Source of the DNA: Macrostomum lignano
Lineage: Eukaryota
Length of the DNA stretch: 64,000 nucleotides
Assembly (NCBI GenBank): GCA_002269645.1
Contig: NIVC01001557.1
Location: 124,001 to 188,000, forward strand
Direction of reading: 5' to 3'
Shown: positions 13,781-25,409 of the stretch, piece by piece
How positions within the stretch are numbered: position 1 is the first letter of the stretch
How the letters are laid out: each line of letters starts with the position of its first letter
Notes under the pieces: model-generated
Seen by the model: only the letters and a program-made list of their open reading frames with translations
The model's database searches: none
Told to the model about the DNA's origin: nothing
Translations under genes and position numbers: made by a program

Positions 13781-14393
13781 TCCACCCATTCCTTCCCGTT
13801 CTGCATTAATCCCATCAGCCCTTCGGTTTGGGGCTTGTTAATCCGAAAATCCTCTGCAGGCTTAGCCAACAAGCCAAGAGTCAAATTTCTGATGGAGCTC
13901 TCAAAAAAATGCCAGCCATGCAGAGGACGCCAGACTCAATGAGGTTTCAGTAATCCCCAATCCCTCATTATTCTTGATCAAATTATTTTAATTAAAAATC
14001 GCTAACAAAGGAATATGATTTATCATTTATAACGGCCTCAACCGATCCGCACTGTAGAGCACGCGATGCAGGCGGTGCTTTGGAGACTGCAGCTCCCTCA
14101 TCTCCTTCCTCTCTCTCAGCTCTCTCTTCTCATCGGGGGGGGGGCAGGGCAGTTCAGCGGGCGAACGCATCCGACTCAGCGGTCTGCGCTGCAGGCTGTG
14201 CGAAAATTAAAGTTTTCGCTCTTCTCATCCATCTCCCCTCTCCAATACACTCTGGTGTACTCTATAATATTATTCTGTATTGACTTCTACTGTCTTTTGA
14301 TATAAAGTTAATGTATGGCGATTGCTAGCAGATTTTACAGCTACTCATAGTTCAGAACTGCAGAATGCAATAAATCACAACTTATAATCCCAG

Positions 14394-14560
14394 ATGGTCG
14401 CAAAGTGTTCCGCGAATACCTCAAGTCCGAGTACAGCGAAGAGAACATTCTGTTCTGGCTGGCGTGCGAGGATCTCAAGCTTGAGTCCACTCCCGAAGGC
14501 GTGGAGGAGAAGGCGCGGGTGATCTATGAGGATTATATCTCGATTCTCAGTCCTAAAGAG
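14394..14560 (+). CDS. RGS17/RGS19/RGS20: RGS exon 4 (GRKVFREYLKSEYSEENILFWLACEDLK...IYEDYISILSPKE)
   Basis: Canonical RGS core; cccag| and GAG|gtgagt, phase 1-0. Confidence 0.95.
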
Positions 14561-14624
14561 GTGAGTCTTGAGAGCCGTTGCATTTTACTCGGGCCAAAAA
14601 GCTGCTGAGTGTTTCTGCTGGCGG

Positions 14625-15195
14625 TCGGGTGTTGTGGGGTGGTGGGTGTTTTAGGGTAGTGTGGATGTTTTAGGATCGTTGGGTGGTTGTGGTGGTGAGT
14701 GTTTTGGGGCGACAGATGTTTTAGGGTGGTGGGTGTTTTAGGGTAGTGGATGTTTTGGGGTGGTGGATGTTTTGGGCTGGTGGGTTTTTTGGGGTGGTGG
14801 GTTTTTTTGGGGTGGTGGGTGTTTTGGGGTGGTGGGTGTTTTGGGGTGGTGGGTGTTTTGGGCTGGTGGGTTTTTTGGGGTGGTGGGTGTTTTGGGGTGG
14901 TGGGTTTTTTGGGGTGGTGGGTGTTTTGGGGTGGTGGGTGTTTTGGGGTGGTGGGTGTTTTGGGATGGTGGGTGTTTTGGGGTGGTGGGTGTTTTGGGCT
15001 GGTGGGTTTTTTGGGGTGGTGGGGTGTTTTGGGGTGGTGGGTGTTTTAGCCATTTTGGGGTAGTAGCCGTTATGGACGTTTTGGGTAGTGGTTTTTTGGC
15101 TGTTTTGGGTGGTGGGTGTTTTGGCTGTTTTGGGTGGTGGGTGTTTTGGCTGTTTTGGGTGGTGGGTGTTTTGGCTGTTTCGGGGTGGTGGGTGC
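14625..15195. repeat. G/T-rich minisatellite (GGGGTGGTGGGTGTTTT)n in RGS intron 4
   Basis: Same family as the arrays at 17580-18180, 34195-34680 and 35287-35432. Confidence 0.95.
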
Positions 15196-15281
15196 ATGTT
15201 TCGGGTGCTAGGTCGGGCAGCTATTCATGTACATGCAGGAACACTGTGTGAGCAGAGCTCCCCGACTTTTCCCCACCGCAG

Positions 15282-15461
15282 GTGAGCCTGGACGCAAGGG
15301 TCCGCGAGATCATCAACAAGAATATGGTGGAGCCGACAGCGCATACATTCGACGACGCGCAGGTGCAAATCTTCACCCTAATGCACCGGGACTCTTACCC
15401 CAGGTTTCTGAACTCGCACTTCTATCGGCAGCTGGTCTCAGACGGAGCCACCACATCCTGA
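15282..15461 (+). CDS. RGS17/RGS19/RGS20: RGS exon 5 (VSLDARVREIINKNMVEPTAHTFDDAQVQIFTLMHRDSYPRFLNSHFY...*)
   Basis: LMHRDSYPRFL C-terminal RGS motif; TGA at 15459-15461. Exons total 792 nt = 263 aa plus stop. Confidence 0.95.
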   Translation: MSLDARVREIINKNMVEPTAHTFDDAQVQIFTLMHRDSYPRFLNSHFYRQLVSDGATTS

Positions 15462-16204
15462 TGCTCCGGCATGCAGATTTGCACATTATGCCTGCAGTCT
15501 GCACTCTGTTCTGAATTATTTAAATTCATACCGCTTCTTCACGGAATCTCGCGTTATTTTTAATCATAACTGCTTCGCGACTTAATTATCGATGATTTTG
15601 TCATAAAGTTTTCCGCTTTTGATCGTTCCTTTCGTATGCAAAAATGCAATTTGTGATTCAAGTATATTTTAGGAAAATTTTGCACCTTCTTGTCTTTTTA
15701 GATCTATATGAAATGCTTTTAAAATTAGTTCTGAAGAGTCCAACAATTCGTTTATAGAAAGGCTGTTTCAGTCCGAACATTCTACTCGATGGCCGTGCGA
15801 GTAGTAGCGAGTGTGAAATATTTGAACTTTTCCTATCTTTTCTATCATAATTTCTATCCTCTTAAAGTCTTGCATAATAACATAGGGTCAATCCTGATAC
15901 ACTTATTGTGATGCGCTACTTGCTTGCTACGAAATCAATCGCGGTTTATCAATAATGTTTCCCATCGCTTATGTACATTAATTTACCAGTGAGTGACGCC
16001 TGCATGTTGTTTCGTGGTGTTCGTTCCTGCACCCTGACACCTCGGATCACCTCGCTGTTCTAGTTGCTAGGCTTCTTATGCAAAAACCGAAGCTATTTAT
16101 TATTATCCTTTTTGTTCAGAACCAAAATTGTCGAAACAAATTCACGCAAAACCTCCTATTGTATTCGATTTTAGCGCATATTCAAATTTGTTTACTGCAC
16201 AAGT

Positions 16205-16720
16205 AGAAATGGGTAGGTGGCTGTGTAAGCGTACGGGACTGAAAGAATGTACGAAAGTGAGGTGGTTGTTCAGAATGAAAATGGGGAAGTGGGTGTGTAG
16301 CGAGCGGGACTGAAAGAATGTACGAAAGTGAGGTGGTTGTTCAGAATGAAAATGGGGAGGTGGGTGTGTAGCGAGCGGGGCTGAAAGAATGTACGAAGAG
16401 TGAGGTGTTTGTTCAGAATGGAAATGGGGAGGTGGGTGTGTAGCGAGCGGGACTGAAAGAATGTACGAAAGTGAGGTGGTTGTTCAGAATGAAAATGGGG
16501 AGGTGGGTGTGTAGCGAGCGGGGCTGAAAGAATGTACGAAGAGTGAGGCGGTTGTTCTGAATGAAAATGGGGAGGTGGGTGTGTAGCGAGCGGGGCTGAA
16601 AGAATGTACGAAGAGTGAGGCGGTTGTTCTGAATGAAAATGGGGAGGTGGGTGTGTAGCGAGCGGGGCTGAAAGAATGTACGCAGGGTGAAGTGGCTGTT
16701 CAAAATGAAAATGGGGAGGT
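16205..16720. repeat. 71/72-bp minisatellite, ~7 copies
   Basis: gaaagaatgtacg recurs at 16241, 16312 and onward. Confidence 0.93.
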
Positions 16721-17579
16721 AGGTGCGCGGCGGGGGTGGATGGAATATTCACACGGAGCGAGGTGAAAGGCGGAAATACAAGCCTAGAAGTAAAAACGTA
16801 ATTACTCGCGGAGTGAGGTGGCTATAAATACATAGGAGCGAAATTTGTGATGCACAATGTAACTAATACATTTAATTTATTCTTTGTAATCATAGATGTA
16901 TATGCATTCAGGGCACTCATGACCTATTTTTAAGATATATTTATGCCCAAAACGTATTGTTTTACTTGTCCATCTTCTGTAATGTTTACACAACAAATGA
17001 AGCTTCTAGCGCACAGCCTCGTTACCTGAATGTTGGACTTACCAATCTGCTTTGTTCTAATCTATTGCTAGCTCCAACTAATGTGCTGTTACAATGCGTT
17101 TATTGACATGATTATTCATCATTTATGCGCGGCACTTGTGGTCTCTGTAGCATGACTCTCTCTATCCTTGTCTTGTAACAATTTTTTTCTCTATCTGTCC
17201 AAACAGTTTGTTAATTTTCAATATAAATAATATTTTGTTTATTTAATTCAAAAGTCCGAAACCCGAATTCGAAAATGGCCAAAATTCGCTGTTCAGTTTG
17301 TTGCAAACATGCGGAATCAAGCTAAAGCCATCTCCGCTGCAAAACAACGAGCTTATTATTTCCCGCTAAACAAAACTTGCTCGCTTGAACTGAGAATACA
17401 AGGAAATCAAACCGTGCGGGTTTGCTCCACCCTGCAGAAAAAATTTCCAATATTTTTGAAATGCAATAACTTGCACCACGTTGCGACACATCAGACAGAC
17501 TGCGTTAATCATTAAGCTTTCATCCTTTTACGAGTACAAAATACTGAATACAAATCGTTTGGTGTTGTGAGGTGGTGGC

Positions 17580-18180
17580 TGCTTTGCTTGTTTTAGGTTT
17601 GTTGGTGTTTTGGGGTAGGGGGCGTTTTAGGGTGGTGGGTGTTTTGGGGTGGTGGATGTTTTGGGGTGGTGGGTGTTTTGGGGTGGGGGTGTTTTAGGGT
17701 GGGGGTGTTTTAGGGTGGGGGTGTTTTAGGGTGGGGGTGTTTTAGGGTGGTGGGTGTTTTGGGGTAGGGGGTGTTTTAGGGTGGTGGGTGTTTTGGGGTG
17801 GGGTGTTTCAGGGTGGTGGGTGTTTTAGGGTGGGGGTGTTTTAGGGTGGGGGTGTTTTAGGGTGGTGGGTGTTTTGGGGTGGTGGATGTTTTGGGGTGGT
17901 GGGTGTTTTGGGGTGGGGTGTTTTAGGGTTGGGTGTTTTAGGGTTGTAAGTGTTTTGGGGTGGTGGGTGTTTTGGGGTGGTGGATGTTTTGGGGTGGTGG
18001 GTGTTTTGGGGTGGGGTGTTTTAGGGTTGGGTGTTTTAGGGTTGTAAGTGTTTTGGGGTGGTGGGTGTTTTGGGGTGGTGGATGTTTTTAGGTGGTGGGT
18101 GAATTGGGGTGGTGGGTGTTTTAGGGTTGTAAGTGTTTTGGGGTGGTGGGTGTTTTGGGGTGGTGGGTGATTTGGAGTGG
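17580..18180. repeat. G/T-rich minisatellite (expanded counterpart of the NUDT2 intron array)
   Basis: Direct reading; includes TTAGGG-containing variants. Confidence 0.93.
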
Positions 18181-18279
18181 TGGGCTGTCAAGCCCTTATG
18201 CCTGAACTGCTTGGAATTTTCTCTTCTGCTGACAGTACTCTTACAGTGTACATTTACACAAGGCAAGTCGTCAGCGCGA

Positions 18280-18740
18280 ACCCGAAGGCGACATAGCTGA
18301 CGGCGTGAACCCAGTCCGGCACCAGCCCATAGTCCGCCCCCTCTCTCAAACCGCACTCCTCCGCAGTCTCCCTGATGGCAAATCTTCCCCCGGGATCCAC
18401 GTGGCGCAGGGCCCAAACCAGTATATTTATGACTAACTTAGATGGGTTGACTCCAGATAATAAAGAGGGGGTGGAGTGCGCGACTGAAGAGAGAGGCGAG
18501 AATGGAGAGCCAATCAGAAGGCAGCAAGGGAGAGAGAGATAAGAATAACAAGATTGAGCTAGACAGAGAGAGAAAACAATAATCAGAGACAGGTGAAGGT
18601 GAACTAAAGAAATGACTAAGAGGTCGCGACAGGCGGAGTCCACAGTCCCTCCTCGATGGTGGCGTGCAGCAGCAGGTACTGCACTCCCGCCGACACTGTG
18701 CGGTAGATCACGATTCCGAGGCCGCCACGGCAGGAGACAT
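18280..18740 (-). pseudogene. NUDT2: NUDT2 pseudogene (exon 1 only)
   Basis: Near-identical to 35520-35767, but with a 1-bp deletion near codon 9, a ~228-bp insertion (18403-18630) replacing ACCTTT of the PPKG motif, and a 10-bp deletion before AIRET. No exon 2 found. Confidence 0.9.
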
Positions 18741-20367
18741 ATCGCCGGCTAAATTTCGGGAACAGCTGAAATAGGTACAAGCAATTTTACAGGCTCAGCC
18801 GATAGTTTATTGACAATATTCGCTAATTGCCTACTTTAAGTACGAGCTAGAAAACTGCGCTCGTGAACTCAACAGTAGAATAATACCATTTAGATTGTAA
18901 TCAGGTGATTTTCCTGCACTTTTGGTTGGATTGTTAGGCCAGTCGCGCAGATGTAAGCCGACACCCAGGGAGCAGATCGCTAATGCACTGGTGCGAGGAC
19001 TCTGCACTAACTGAAGTCAGGTTGGGACACCTTGATCGGAATGTTTTGCAGAAATTGTCTAAAGTTTAAATAAATTCGCTATACGTAGTTTAAGAAAGCT
19101 TAATTTGAAAGTTGCATAGTTGCGTACGAGTATGAGAAATATATTGTTACACAATCCCACACCCGGACTGCACATGTATCCTATCTACATTTGCCCACTT
19201 TTTATGTCATACTATACTTTTAAATCTACTTACCATTACATGATAGTTTTTTGTCTTGCCGGGAGGCTTAACACTTTTGGGGCTATGGCATAAAACTAAA
19301 TGGGTATGGATGCCCACCAGCTTTGCTCAAGTCTGTATTTCTATCTATTTTTAAGAAGCAAGAAATCATAACTGTCGAAAGGAAAGTACTATACACGGGA
19401 CTGTGTTCATCTCATGCGATAGCAGCGATGCACTTTTAAACACACTGGCCTCTAAAGACCCTAATGAGTGTGTAAGGAGGGTCTTTAGTCAACGAGAGCA
19501 ATACAATGTAGGCACCATGCGAAACAGAAGATGGTTTTAACGGGTTAGGGTTAGCGCTCACGCAGTACAGATCTCTCCGCAGTACACTTCTTTCCGTGTT
19601 GTTGTTTAGGCCACCATCAACCCCCCTCAACCCTACTGTGTCACGCGTTCACAGGCTGCTGGCTTGGCCTTTAAACCTAAGCTTGGGTATTGTCCTTTAG
19701 GCATTGAATTCGGCTTGTCTAGAGCAGCTGGTCTGCTTAGATATTTAGTCGAGACGAGTTAGAGGGGGCCTTGTTTTTAGCGCTCCGATGTAAGCGCTTT
19801 TCCAGTGCTTGCACAGACACCCTGACTAATACAAAAATAAAAAATTAATAATCCTAATCTTAAATTCGACAAATTCCCAAACCTTAGAAACAATAAAATC
19901 ACTCTGAAAAGTCAGACTGAAAACTAAATCTCTAAAATCAGTAGTAAATGAAAATAAGACAGACTGGGGGGCACACAACTGGTGCATGCGGTATTTCTGA
20001 TGATAGAACAGCCGATATCGGGCGCGACGGTAAAAGGTGCTGCATACAAATACTCGGAGCTTTAGGACATCTTTAGAATTCAGAGGATACTGTTATATAT
20101 TGTTAATAACCGATTTTTTATTGAAAAGTTCCACACAGAAATTAAAATCTGCCAAAATATCGACCCCATGACTCCCTCGATTCCCTAATTTGTTCCGCCT
20201 CTGCTCTTCCTGGAGAGAGAGGGAGAGAGGGAGAGAGAGGGGGAGAGAGAGGGGGGAGAGAGGGAGAGAGAGGAGAGAGAGAGGGGAGAGAGAAAGAGAG
20301 AGAGGAAGGCAACTCCAATCTCAGGCACTGACACGGTAGAAAGGACTGAAGAAAGTCAGTTAAGTTG

Positions 20368-20413
20368 ACTTGCCGATATTTCGAAATTATTATATTTCTT
20401 CGTCAGGGCAAGT
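20368..20413 (-). ncRNA. Minimal type I hammerhead ribozyme, copy 1
   Basis: Minus strand reads ACTTGCC-CTGACGA-A-GAAAT-ataata-ATTTC-GAAA-TATC-GGCAAGT: 7-bp stem I, CUGANGA/GAAA core, 5-bp stem II, palindromic AUAU stem III, AUC cleavage triplet. Confidence 0.8.
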
Positions 20414-20525
20414 GAAAAGTGAGAAGAGAGAGGGGGGAAGAGAGGGAGAGAGAGAAGGAGAAAGAGAGAGAAAGAGAGAGACAGAGAGGGAGAGAGAGGA
20501 GAGAAAGAGAGAGAGAGGGAGAGAA

Positions 20526-20584
<59 letters not shown>

Positions 20585-20624
20585 GAGAAAGAGAGAGAAA
20601 GAGAGAGACAGAGAGGGAGAGAGG

Positions 20625-20694
<70 letters not shown>

Positions 20695-20771
20695 GAGAGA
20701 GGAGGGCGCCTCCAATCTCAGGCACGGACGCGGTACATGTAAAAAGGACAAACAAGTCAAGATGATTTAAG

Positions 20772-20812
20772 TTGCCGATATTTCGAATTAGGTAAATTCT
20801 TCGTCAGGGCAA
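20772..20812 (-). ncRNA. Minimal type I hammerhead ribozyme, copy 2
   Basis: TTGCC-CTGACGA-A-GAATT-tacct-AATTC-GAAA-TATC-GGCAA; stem II shows a compensatory change relative to copy 1. Confidence 0.8.
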
Positions 20813-21905
20813 ATGCAAAGTAGCGACAAGTGGTGTTGTAAAAGTTATTAAATAGGCGGGTTAGAGGGAGAGAGAGTAGGCAGGTAGATAGAGAGCGTAC
20901 GGTATGTACACTTGGTGTGAGTCGATAAAACACTATTAGAGTTGAAAATGCAAAATAAAAAACAGTGCACAAATAAAGTGAACCGCACGTGGGCTGCAGC
21001 GATCCTACACACGAAATAAATAATGGAATAGTGCGACTGCACCGGTGTCTAAAAAGGGGAAAGAGTGACTCTAAACACTTTACAAAATTGACCTCAATAA
21101 ATAAATAAGCAGTAAATCAATAAATAAATAAATAAGGTGAAAGGCCCTCAAAAACTTAAAAAAGAGCAATTGTACGATAAGCAAAAGAGTAAAAGTAAAA
21201 AGTGTAATAAAAAGTACAGGGTGTCAAGAAACAATAGAAATGTTGATGCAGAATAAATGCTGAGAATATACAAAAGCTGTGCTTGGGCTAGCGATGAGAA
21301 TAAAAAAATTTTCTAAGAAAGGAGCAATAAAAGGCTTGGTAGGTATCGGCACGGTCTGACAAAGGTAAGTAGTAGGGAAAGTGAAGTAAAAAATCAAAAA
21401 GAAAAAAAAAATTCAATCAGTGTGGACTCCAGTCGACTGGGACAGAGCAGCTGCCGGAGGTTCCGCCTTTGGTGTAGGCGGGCAGCAGCCGGCGCCTCGC
21501 AGCACCGGGCCACGCGGTCCTTCACCGCGGCCACCAGGGCGTCCGACCTCGCACAATGGGGCAGGATCAGCGGGATGGCCGGGTTGTGCAGCGTGCCGGC
21601 AAGCTCGTTGACGCCGTGCGGGGTTTGAGTCTTTACACCTCGATGAGCTTGGCCTCGTGGCGCTGCCGCCGCTCGTTCGCTCTGGGTCCCGTGCCGTCAC
21701 GAGACCAGATGTGAAAAGTCCGCCAGACTGTGGCCATCACTGGTGAATGGCGGGCCACCGGAGTGTCACGGGCGTGCCGGATGTCGCCGATGTGCGCCAG
21801 CATGCGGCCGCGGATGCTGTTGGCGGTCTCGAGAGAGAGAGAGAGAGAGAGAGGGGAGAGAGAGAGAGAAAGAGAGAGAAAGAGAGAGACAGAGAGGGAG
21901 AGAGG

Positions 21906-21977
<72 letters not shown>

Positions 21978-22005
21978 GAGTGAAAGAGAGAGAAAGAGAG
22001 AGAGG

Positions 22006-22036
<31 letters not shown>

Positions 22037-22056
22037 GGAGAGAGAGAGAGAGAGGG

Positions 22057-22118
<62 letters not shown>

Positions 22119-22208
22119 GAGAGATAAAAAGAGAGAGAGAGAGAAAGAGAGAGAGAGGGAGAGAGAAAGAGAGAGAGAAAGAGAGAGAAAGAGAGAGAAA
22201 GAGAGAGA

Positions 22209-22356
<148 letters not shown>

Positions 22357-22396
22357 GAGAGACAGAGAGGGAGAGAGGGAGAGAAAGAGAGAGAGA

Positions 22397-22432
<36 letters not shown>

Positions 22433-22476
22433 AGAGAGAGAGAGTGAAAGAGAGAGAAAGAGAGAGAGGGAGAGAA

Positions 22477-22517
<41 letters not shown>

Positions 22518-22526
22518 GGGAGAGAG

Positions 22527-22557
<31 letters not shown>

Positions 22558-22658
22558 GAGAGGGGAGAGAGAGAGATAAAGAGAGAGAGAGAGAAAGAGA
22601 GAGAGAGGGAGAGAGAAAGAGAGAGAGAAAGAGAGAGAAAGAGAGAGAAAGAGAGAGA

Positions 22659-22818
<160 letters not shown>

Positions 22819-23642
22819 GAGAGAGAGCTTACCTTTATGAAGTTTCTGCAGCCAGCTTGTAGCATCTCAAACAGGAACAAAAAAAGATATTGTCTCAAAG
22901 AGAAGAATAGAACGCACGGGCATACAGAAAACATCCAGAACTGAATATCAAGTTTTTAAAATTTTGCTGAATGATTAAAAACTGAAAAATAGAAATCATT
23001 TAGATAATAGCTCGTAATTATAATTAACGATCTTGAGTATCTAAGGGCACTGGGATTAATGTAAGATTATTGACAAAAAATTTTGTTGACTGATGACGCT
23101 CAGTTTTTGATTGAGTATAGATCAGAGAAAAAAATCTGCGAAAGAAAACACACAGCCATACAAAAATTGATAAACACGGAGGCTTCCATATCTTAATAAT
23201 TAAAACAGTTTGATCAACGTTTTACTAATTTCCTTAAAAAAACAAAAAAAGTGTTGCAACTTCAAAAAATATTTCATCTGTTTGTTCCGTTTTAACAAAA
23301 CTGACCGACCAAAGTGTTTCATTTCATCATCTTGATCTTCATCTTGAAGCTGCTCAACTGCTCAGGCCTCGCTTGTCTGCGCGGTGGGCGATTTGAGTCG
23401 TTGTAGCATTTCAGGAATGAGAGTCGGAATTTATGATGTGGAAATTGGGATTTTTGATGGGGAAATTGGGTTTTATGATGGGGAAATTGGGAATTTATGA
23501 TGGGGAAATTTGGAATTTATGATGGGGAAATTGGGGCTGAATCTCGACATTCACCGACATAGAGGATGTCAGACATTTGGGTTCATGAGGATATCAGAAT
23601 CAGGCATCTCAGATGATACTGCATTGTAAAAGAGTCGCAAAC

Positions 23643-23845
23643 CTTCTTCCTGGCGTTGGCGAGGACCTTGCCGAGGGACGTCAGATAGAGCTGGTGCTGG
23701 TTTCGCTGGGGGGCGGCGGCGCGCCAGAAGACCAGAAGCACAGGGCAAACACGAGCAGCAGGGCAAACAGGTAACCATTGGAACCGGTCGGGGGCATCGC
23801 AGACTGCTTTTGGACGGACGGGAGCCGCTGAATCTCGACATGAAG
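23643..23845 (-). pseudogene. TMEM59: TMEM59-like copy A, transmembrane exon with frameshift
   Basis: YLFALLLVFALCF is in frame 0, while the homologous VFWRA...KKV continues in a shifted frame (~4 nt missing vs copy B), giving a premature TGA at 23681. The terminal exon is reduced to cag|ACAAGCGAGGCCTGA near 23362-23376. Confidence 0.6.
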
Positions 23846-23921
23846 CTGTGAATTAGAAAAAAACATCCAGACCTTCAGCTAGAGTGAAATTATCCACCAC
23901 CACCAACCCGGCTTTACAAAC

Positions 23922-24140
23922 CTGGATGCGCGGCTTGCCATCCGGTCCGGGCGGCAGGAAGCGAAATCTAACATAAATGGCTTGCTGGGGGTTCTTGGTG
24001 CTGGGGTCTCCCTGCGGCAGCCTGCCTTGGTTGTTCCCGCCAAGAAGAGGCCGGTGACCGTCTGGGCGGATCGGGGGCTTCGAAAGCTGGTCTTTGCCTT
24101 TGCTGCCCAGCACCGGAATGCGGCGCTCGTGGATCTCCAC
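23922..24140 (-). CDS. TMEM59: TMEM59-like copy A, exon 3 (ends in a second PPGPDGKPRxQ module)
   Basis: gacag|GTGGAG and CAG|gtttgt, 73 codons, phase 0-0. Confidence 0.6.
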
Positions 24141-24214
24141 CTGTCACGGTGATTGAAGGCTAGACTGAAGTTATCTACTACAATATCATGACCTTCGGCC
24201 AGACTGAAGCTATT

Positions 24215-24485
24215 GGGTGATTTCGGGTGCAAGGCTTTACTTGCACTCATTTTGTTATTCGTAATTTGTGCACTTATTTTCTCTATTTGTATTTCTTTTT
24301 TGTTTTTGTTATTTTTTTGTTTCTTTCTTTCACCTATTGCTCATTGGCTCATTTCGTCCCTACCCTTGTCTAAGCCCCCCTCCCTCGTGTGCTCTCTCGC
24401 GTCAGTTTTAATTTCTACCCTTCCACGCATGCTGATTGGCTCTGCCGTGGCGTTCTGGCCGGGCACCGTGCATTGGGTTGCACTC

Positions 24486-24544
<59 letters not shown>

Positions 24545-24960
24545 CCTGGCTGTCTGTCGGCTTAAGGGTTGCTACTACTTTTCAGCATCTATATTGGGGT
24601 CGCGCGCCCCGTCGCCTCGTCGCTAGAGCTGTTTTGCTAAAATACCACTGCACCTACATAGCCACTGAAATAAATAAACCAGAGTAGACAGTCACAGTAG
24701 ACATTGGCCTACGGCTGCTAAGCAAGTTCTGCAGCGGCCGCGTAAGTGTACGAGTCTTTGGTGTGTGTTCTTTTGGGTCCAGTCCAGAGTAGGCATTCTT
24801 TCACCAGGGCCTGTGCGTTTGCCGCGACCCTGGTTGCTGGCCTTCAGCCTGTGTGTGCAGCGCGACTGGGGGTTGGTAAGTAACGGGACTGGAGTGCTGA
24901 CCCTACCTGCTCGTACTGAGCGTGAGGTAACGCCGGCTGGTCTGTCTCGGGATACAAGAC
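24215..24960. mobile_element. ~0.75-kb unclassified insertion in TMEM59-A intron, absent from copy B
   Basis: No counterpart in the paralogous intron. Contains CTGATTGGCTC, (CT)n, TATATTGGGG and AATAAA, as in an LTR- or PLE-type terminal region. Confidence 0.35.
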
Positions 24961-24986
24961 TATCCAGCATCCCCAGCTGTACAAAC

Positions 24987-25409
24987 CTGGTAGCGCGGCT
25001 TGCCATCGGGTCCGGGAGGCATGGAGTGGATGCGGATCTGGATGCGCTGGACAATGGCGTGCTTGGCGTTCTTCATGGCCTCCATCATGCGAGTGTGCAT
25101 CTGGCGCATCTGCTGGAAGATACGCTGGTGGAAGGGCGACGGCGAGTGCATGTCAGGCAGGGCCAGACCGATGCCATGCATCACAGACATCTTGGCGGCA
25201 TGGTCGGACATGCCATGCTCTTGGAATACACGGGCCTGCTCCTTGCACCCAACATTACAGGCTTTGTCCATGTCAACATCAGTGATGGCACCATCAGTGA
25301 AGCCCCGCTTGCAGGACTTGGAGCACATGTTAGACAGCTCGTCATTCTTGATGCTCTTGTCGTGGGCCAGGTAGATCATTGAGTAGAGGCGGCAGCCATG
25401 GAGGCAGGA
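24987..25409 (-). CDS. TMEM59: TMEM59-like copy A, exon 2
   Basis: SCLHGCRLYSM...CSKSC...ACNVGCKEQ matches the TMEM59 cysteine pattern (ACxRGCRLFSI...CxSAC...ACxxGC). ttttag| and CAG|gtttgt; 141 codons. Confidence 0.8.

Noticed and set aside
23088-23135. CTGATGA-containing stem-loop conserved in both duplicates (also ~37720)
   Set aside because: No GAAA after stem II, so not a hammerhead; conservation is explained by the duplication.
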